Below are positions 59,115 through 64,000 of a DNA stretch of 64,000 nt, in pieces; position 1 is the stretch's first letter; every line of letters begins with the position of its first letter. Both the position numbers and the translations under genes were made by a program. Source of the stretch: Candidatus Aegiribacteria sp. (GTDB taxonomy: Bacteria > Fermentibacterota > Fermentibacteria > Fermentibacterales > JCC-6); NCBI GenBank assembly GCA_046498225.1, contig JAWOBF010000059.1:1-64000 (forward strand), written 5' to 3'. The notes beneath the pieces were generated by a model, which searched no databases, had not been told where the DNA came from, and saw only the letters and a list, made by a program, of their open reading frames with translations.

Positions 59115-59676
59115 GGTCCAGCTCCCCCGAATACACCGCCGTGAAATCCTCTTCTATGTCCACGCCCTCCACCGCGCCAAGACCGGTGTCCAGGTCCACT
59201 CCCCTTCCGGAAAGGACGGTGTGTCCGGCTGAATCGGGTATTGTCAGCACCACCAGGCAGTCGCTGTGAAATATCTCCATGTCATCGTCCCAGATCATCT
59301 CCTGTGTCTCCAGGTGCCTTCCATCCTCCGTATCCGCAACCACGTCTCCCCATACTCTCATCAGGCCGGTACTCAGCTCCACCCTTCCCGAATCCCCGGT
59401 AAGTATAGTGGTGGGCACGTCCTCCTCGAAGAACGTGAGATGCACGCCGGTCAGTTCAAGGAGGCTGTCGCCCTCGATGTACAGGGCCATGTCGCTGAGC
59501 AGACGCCAGGACCTGCTGCCCCCGAGCGACTGGACCAGGGTGAACTCCTCCACAGTCTGGAGAGGTTCCCTGTCCGGGTCCATCTCAACCGGCTCGGAGC
59601 TACCGCAGGCCAGGAGCGCCGCCAGGACGGCGAGCCCAGCGCTCGTGTATCCATACCCACTGTTCGGGATCTTCGA
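59107..59676 (-). CDS. lptC: LPS export protein LptC (start codon uncertain)
   Basis: W.L.S..A, L.GD.G, L.T..M.WD, G.G; frame open to a TGA at 59677-59679 and carries LAVLAALLAC; first ATG only at 59583. Confidence 0.75.
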   Translation of the reverse strand, partial: SKIPNSGYGYTSAGLAVLAALLACGSSEPVEMDPDREPLQTVEEFTLVQSLGGSRSWRLLSDMALYIEGDSLLELTGVHLTFFEEDVPTTILTGDSGRVELSTGLMRVWGDVVADTEDGRHLETQEMIWDDDMEIFHSDCLVVLTIPDSAGHTVLSGRGVDLDTGLGAVEGVDIEEDFTAVYSGELDLE

Positions 59677-60511
59677 TCACCCACTCTTCTATTCTGGCTG
59701 TGAGGTCCTGTGTAAGCCTCAGGTACCCTCCGCTTTCCCGGTATTCGTCCAGCTCCAGGGGCCTGTCTATCTCCACCACGTAACGACGGTGGCCTTCCCT
59801 TGATATATGCAGGGTGAGGACGGGAATATCAAATCTCAGGGCCAGACGGGCGGGGCCCACCGGGGTCCTGGCGGGAAGCCCCAGGAATTCAACGAACTCG
59901 CTCTCCACGCCCATGGTGTCCTGATCTATAAGTATACCCACCGCGGTGTTGTCCCGCAGGGTCCTCATCAGCTTCGCCAGTCCGCCGCCCCTGTCGATGG
60001 TAACGGTGCCGTGACGGGACCGCAGGCCGTCGAGGTACTCCGCCGTTCCGGCCCGGCCTATCTTGCGGGTAACCACCCCAACCCTGTGGCCCAGGAGAGA
60101 TATGGACCTGGGAATCAGCTCCCAGGCCGAGTAATGGGCGGTGACGGCGATGACCCCCCTGCCCAGGGAGAGGGCTTCCGCCATGTATCGCTCTCCCCTT
60201 ACCTCCACCTCCTTCAGGAAATCCCGGTCGGACCTTGAGTTGAGACGCAGGAAGTCCAGCACACCGGCGATCAGATGACCGTAGACCCTGTGCAGGCTGA
60301 CCTCGAGACCCATCGGTCGTATCACGTGTCTTCGGTTTATTCTGAATGTTTCCCTCGACCTTCCGGGGACCAGCGAGGCGACCCGGCCCAGAACGGAGGC
60401 CAGCGGGGCCACGGACCGGCGGGGAAGTCTGGACGACAGGAAAACAAGCATCCTCGCCATGGGCAGCTGAAGTCGGTGCCTTAGACCGCGGAATGGTAGA
60501 TGAAAAGACAT
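59600..60511 (-). CDS. Lipid A late acyltransferase (LpxL/HtrB family)
   Basis: TAHYSAWE, GILIDQD, FLGLPA, PEQWVWIHERW. Confidence 0.87.
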   Translation of the reverse strand: MSFHLPFRGLRHRLQLPMARMLVFLSSRLPRRSVAPLASVLGRVASLVPGRSRETFRINRRHVIRPMGLEVSLHRVYGHLIAGVLDFLRLNSRSDRDFLKEVEVRGERYMAEALSLGRGVIAVTAHYSAWELIPRSISLLGHRVGVVTRKIGRAGTAEYLDGLRSRHGTVTIDRGGGLAKLMRTLRDNTAVGILIDQDTMGVESEFVEFLGLPARTPVGPARLALRFDIPVLTLHISREGHRRYVVEIDRPLELDEYRESGGYLRLTQDLTARIEEWVIEDPEQWVWIHERWARRPGGAPGLR

Positions 60512-60516
60512 TCCGG

Positions 60517-61476
60517 TTACTTTACACCGGCCTGGAGGCAGTCGTGAAGGTAGAGCACACCCACGGGCACTCCATCACCGTCGGTAACCACCAGGGATGT
60601 AATGCCCCTCTCCTCCATCCTTGTCACCGCCACGGAGGCCAGCTCGTCGGGAGAACCGGTGACGGGCTCCCTTATCAGGACGTCGGCCAGAGCCAGGTCC
60701 AGCACGTTGGTCCTGTTCCGCATCAGCCTCCCCAGGTCTCCGTATACGAAGATACCGCTGAGCCTTCCATCGGTGTCAGTTGAGAAGCATACTCCCCTGT
60801 GGGCCGTCATTACGGCTACGGCATCCGAAAGCGGCGCGGATTCTTCCATCACGGGAAGCGGGCCGGAGTCCATCAGGTCCGACACCCTGGTGAGAAGCTT
60901 CCTTCCCAGGATGCCTCCGGGATGGAACTCCGCGAAATCCTCCGGGGAGAACTCCCTCACGCGAAGCAGCGCTATGGCCAGGGCGTCCCCCAGGGCCATC
61001 ATGGAGGTTGTGCTTGCGGTGGGCGCCAGGTCGTGGGGGCAGGCCTCCTTCATGCGGGGCAGGGGGAGTACCACGTCCGCGGCCCTGGAGAGGAGCGAAC
61101 CCTCTCCTCCGGTCAGCGCGACCACGGGTATGCCCAGCCTCTCAAAACATGGAAGCAGCTGGGCTATCTCACGGGTCTCACCGCTCTTTGACAGCACCAG
61201 GGCTGAATCGCCCTTCTGAATAAGCCCCAGGTCTCCGTGTATCCCTTCGGAGGGATGGAGGAAGTAGGCGGGACTCCCGGTGCTGGTCATGGTTGCGGCT
61301 ATCTTCCTGCCCACATGACCGGATTTGCCCATGCCGCATATCACTATCTTCCCGCGTGTCTCCGCCAGTATCCTCACGGCCCTGGAGAAACCTTCCGCGG
61401 CGAGTCTGGCGGTCTGTCTTATCCATTCCGCCTCGATCTCCATCACCCTCAGGGCCTCTTCGTAGAGGTCATCCAT
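60517..61476 (-). CDS. kdsD: Arabinose-5-phosphate isomerase (SIS plus CBS)
   Basis: GMGKSGHVG, HGDLG, SKSGET, APTASTT, FHPGG.LG, HD.L.AG. Confidence 0.95.
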   Translation of the reverse strand: MDDLYEEALRVMEIEAEWIRQTARLAAEGFSRAVRILAETRGKIVICGMGKSGHVGRKIAATMTSTGSPAYFLHPSEGIHGDLGLIQKGDSALVLSKSGETREIAQLLPCFERLGIPVVALTGGEGSLLSRAADVVLPLPRMKEACPHDLAPTASTTSMMALGDALAIALLRVREFSPEDFAEFHPGGILGRKLLTRVSDLMDSGPLPVMEESAPLSDAVAVMTAHRGVCFSTDTDGRLSGIFVYGDLGRLMRNRTNVLDLALADVLIREPVTGSPDELASVAVTRMEERGITSLVVTDGDGVPVGVLYLHDCLQAGVK

Positions 61477-61951
61477 TATCCAGTTCCTTCAGCAGCATGT
61501 CCACTACCTCCCTGACCGCGCCATTCCCTCCGGGTCTCTGCGTAACGATATCGCATTCATCCCTGACCCGGGGGTGGGCGTCGGAGGGACACGCTCCCAC
61601 CCCGGCCTCCCTGATGGCGGGAAGGTCCATGAGACCGTCGCCCATGAAGAGTGCGCGTCCGCAGTCGATGGAAAGATGTCGGCATATCCTTCTCAGAGCC
61701 CCGGCCTTCTCCGAACTGCCCAGGCAGAGGATGTCTATTCCCAGGTCCGCCGCCCTTCTCCTGGTGGCGGCAAAGTCCCTGAAAGATATAAGGGCAACCG
61801 GGAAGGACCTGCTTCGAAGTTCCACCAGCCCCGCGCCGTCGCTGGAGCTGAAGCGCTGGGTCACGCCCCCGGGCCCGTAGTGAAGAGCTCCGTCTGTGAG
61901 CACGCCGTCAACGTCCAGGGCCAGGAGCCTGATCCCCTGCAGGGACTTCAC
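61469..61951 (-). CDS. kdsC: KDO 8-phosphate phosphatase
   Basis: LDVDGVLTDG, MGD..MD, GGNGAVREV; GTG overlaps the kdsA stop. Confidence 0.92.
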   Translation of the reverse strand: MKSLQGIRLLALDVDGVLTDGALHYGPGGVTQRFSSSDGAGLVELRSRSFPVALISFRDFAATRRRAADLGIDILCLGSSEKAGALRRICRHLSIDCGRALFMGDGLMDLPAIREAGVGACPSDAHPRVRDECDIVTQRPGGNGAVREVVDMLLKELDNG

Positions 61952-62757
61952 AATCCCTCCCAGTGGGCAAGCGCCCCCCTGACCATGGCCTGAAGGGTCG
62001 GGAGGTCCACCATGGTGGCCGAATCGCTCAGCGCCGCAGCCGGGTCCGGATGGGCCTCGATGAACAGCCCGTCCACTCCCCATGCGGCTCCGGCCCTGGC
62101 CAGCGCCGGAGCGTAACGGCTCCGGCCACCGCTGCTGTCTCCCGCGGCCCCGGGAAGCTGAAGGGAATGTGTCACGTCCAGGATGACCACCGGGGATAAT
62201 TCTCTCATCACCGACAGCGAGCGCATGTCCACCACCAGTTCGCCGTAGCCGAAGAAAGTGCCTCTCTCGGTGAGCCATGCTTCGGGACAGCCGGCGGACA
62301 TCACCTTCTCCACCGCGCCTTTCATGTTCCCGGGAGCCATGAACTGCCCCTTCTTAATGTTCACCGGTCTTCCGGTGCCGCCGGCGGCCTCGAGTATGGA
62401 TGTCTGGCGGCAGAGAAAGGCGGGAACCTGCAGGATGTCCGCCACCTCCCCCACGGGAACCGCCTGAAGCGCGCTGTGAATGTCGGTCATGACCCTTACG
62501 CCGAATCCGGCGGATACCTTCTCCAGTATCCTCAGTCCCTCTTCCATGCCGGGTCCCCGGTAGCCTGCCGGGCTTGTCCTGTTGTCCTTGAGGAACGAGC
62601 CCTTGAATACCCACTCCACCGGATGGTCAAGGCTGCCCATGAGCTGAGAGGTAAAATCGGCCACCTTCATGGCCACCTCCTCCGATTCCAGGCTGCAGGG
62701 ACCGACGATGAACAACGGTTTACTGCAGGGATGTGAAATGATCCACCGCCCTTTCAA
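61948..62757 (-). CDS. kdsA: KDO 8-phosphate synthase
   Basis: GPCSLE, QVPAFLCRQT, NIKKGQF, TERG..FGY, DVTHS.Q, F.EAHP...LSD. Confidence 0.93.
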   Translation of the reverse strand: MKGRWIISHPCSKPLFIVGPCSLESEEVAMKVADFTSQLMGSLDHPVEWVFKGSFLKDNRTSPAGYRGPGMEEGLRILEKVSAGFGVRVMTDIHSALQAVPVGEVADILQVPAFLCRQTSILEAAGGTGRPVNIKKGQFMAPGNMKGAVEKVMSAGCPEAWLTERGTFFGYGELVVDMRSLSVMRELSPVVILDVTHSLQLPGAAGDSSGGRSRYAPALARAGAAWGVDGLFIEAHPDPAAALSDSATMVDLPTLQAMVRGALAHWEGL

Positions 62758-63448
62758 GGTCCTCCGGGGTGTCCACCCCTGTTCCGGGGAAGTCTCCCTC
62801 CACCACCATCATCCTTACCCCCGACTCCAGCCAGGCCAGCTGTTCCAGGTCCTCGGTCCGCGAGAGGCGGGTGGAGCCGCAGGAAACGCATCTCTCAAGT
62901 GATTCCGGAGTGAAGGAGTACACACCCACGTGCTCCAGCAGCTGCTCCGCGCCGTGCGGTACCGGGTGCCTCGAGAAATAGAGGGCTTCCCCGTTTTCAG
63001 CCACCGCCACCTTCACCATGTCGGGCGAACCCGCTTCGGCGGCGGGAACCCTTCGGGCCAGCGTCACCACGCGGTCGTCCCCGTGGGGAACCGAGAGCAG
63101 GGGAGCCAGCCAGCCGGGTCCCACCAGCGGCTCGTCCCCCTGGACGTTGATGATTATGCCGCCTGGACGGCCAACGGCGTCCCAGGCCATGAATACTCTC
63201 TCTGTGCCGGAATCGGCCCTGCCGGTCATCACCGCCCGGAACCCGGCCCCTTCCACCGTTTCCCTTATCCGTTCATCGTCCGTGGCCGCCATCACCATGT
63301 CCACGGATCCGGCCACGCCGCGCAGCACCCTGAGGATCATGGGAACCCCAGCCACGTCCGCCAGGGGCTTGCCCGGCAGCCTGGTGGAGGAGAATCTGGC
63401 GGGCACTATCGCCAGTGTAGCGGTATGGCCGGTTATCGTCCCAGCCAT
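62720..63448 (-). CDS. kdsB: CMP-KDO synthetase
   Basis: IVPARFSSTRLPGKPL, ATDD, SGTER, NVQGDEP, YFSR, EDLEQL, VDTPEDL. Confidence 0.95.
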   Translation of the reverse strand: MAGTITGHTATLAIVPARFSSTRLPGKPLADVAGVPMILRVLRGVAGSVDMVMAATDDERIRETVEGAGFRAVMTGRADSGTERVFMAWDAVGRPGGIIINVQGDEPLVGPGWLAPLLSVPHGDDRVVTLARRVPAAEAGSPDMVKVAVAENGEALYFSRHPVPHGAEQLLEHVGVYSFTPESLERCVSCGSTRLSRTEDLEQLAWLESGVRMMVVEGDFPGTGVDTPEDLERAVDHFTSLQ

Positions 63449-64000
63449 TTTTCACTGGCCCAGAGGGATACGCTCAGAACGGTCTCTTCCCGGAAGCTGT
63501 CCTGAAAATCCCTCCAGTAACTGTATCCTACGGCCAGGTCCAGTCCTGCGGTTCCCCGGTTGAACGAGTAACCCGCCCCGGCGGAGAGGGTTTGCGCCCC
63601 ATCCCGCCAGAGGCCGTCCATGTAGCTGTAACCGCATCTCGGCTGAATACCTCCGCCGGCGTCCAGTTCGGCTCCCACCGAGTAGATGGTGCCTCCCTCC
63701 GTGCGGCTGCCCATTACGTTCATGGCCTTCCTGCCGAAGATGTCCATTCCGACAAGCAGTTCCCCCACCGGCCTGAACGACAAGCCCGCAGAGACCTCAC
63801 CGGGAATGGTGTAGAAGCTGCTGGTGCTGTCGGCGACCTCGGTAAGACTGAAGGCCCGCTCTACCCGCAGGGTTCCCTTCCTGTCCGTGGAGATGGACAG
63901 GCCCAGACCGAAACGGTCGGTATTGATGAGAAGGCCGGCCACCGCACCCCAGGCCATTCGGAAACGGGCGTCGTCCCTGTAGATTGAGTTGATGGGTATC
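63433..64000 (-). CDS. Outer-membrane beta-barrel protein (FadL-like), 5' part outside the window
   Basis: Frame open to the window edge; alternating strands, SVGAE, SAGAG, LDLAVGY; ends ASEKWLGR. Confidence 0.65.
   Translation of the reverse strand, partial: IPINSIYRDDARFRMAWGAVAGLLINTDRFGLGLSISTDRKGTLRVERAFSLTEVADSTSSFYTIPGEVSAGLSFRPVGELLVGMDIFGRKAMNVMGSRTEGGTIYSVGAELDAGGGIQPRCGYSYMDGLWRDGAQTLSAGAGYSFNRGTAGLDLAVGYSYWRDFQDSFREETVLSVSLWASEKWLGR

Noticed and set aside
61952..62278. N-terminal extension of kdsC
   Set aside because: Alternate frame of kdsA; KdsC begins at the GTG overlapping the kdsA stop
1..64000. tRNA, rRNA, IS elements, prophage, sigma-54 promoters
   Set aside because: None recognised by eye; intergenic gaps are short and no TGGCAC-N5-TTGC match was found in those I read. 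A tRNAscan/Rfam run would be needed to exclude small RNAs

Overview
GC-rich (roughly 60% by eye) chromosomal window from an anaerobic, fermentative Gram-negative bacterium. The gene style (secreted proteins with C-terminal sorting-like domains, FadL/PorV-like barrels, HydG, Chlamydia/Bacteroidota-type topo IV) is compatible with an FCB-superphylum candidate lineage such as Ca. Fermentibacterota; this is inference only. It is densely coding and mostly on the minus strand. I saw no tRNA, rRNA, CRISPR array or mobile element. Housekeeping blocks: yebC-ruvCAB-queH, hutU, mrp-hydG, cysC, purC, parE-parC, tldD-pmbA, pfk-gap-pgk-tpi, ruvX-mltG, alaS, and kdsBACD-lpxL-lptCAB-rpoN. Most notable: (1) an apparently complete bacterial ceramide (sphingolipid) cluster, spt-bCerS with a divergent CerR-like reductase (51935-55294), next to the LPS/Lpt operon; (2) an adenylate-forming ligase fused to a degenerate AroQ chorismate-mutase domain, translationally coupled to a DAHP synthase with no regulatory domain and placed ahead of the glycolytic genes; (3) three tandem zinc-ribbon (YdjG-like) paralogues coupled to a degenerate PAS-histidine kinase, with a probable SPFH/zinc-ribbon partner about 35 kb away; (4) smaller oddities: a PPi-type PFK signature, a CX5CX19C HydG, an lptC whose lipoprotein signal has no canonical start codon, and a long structured leader with a uORF before a methyltransferase.
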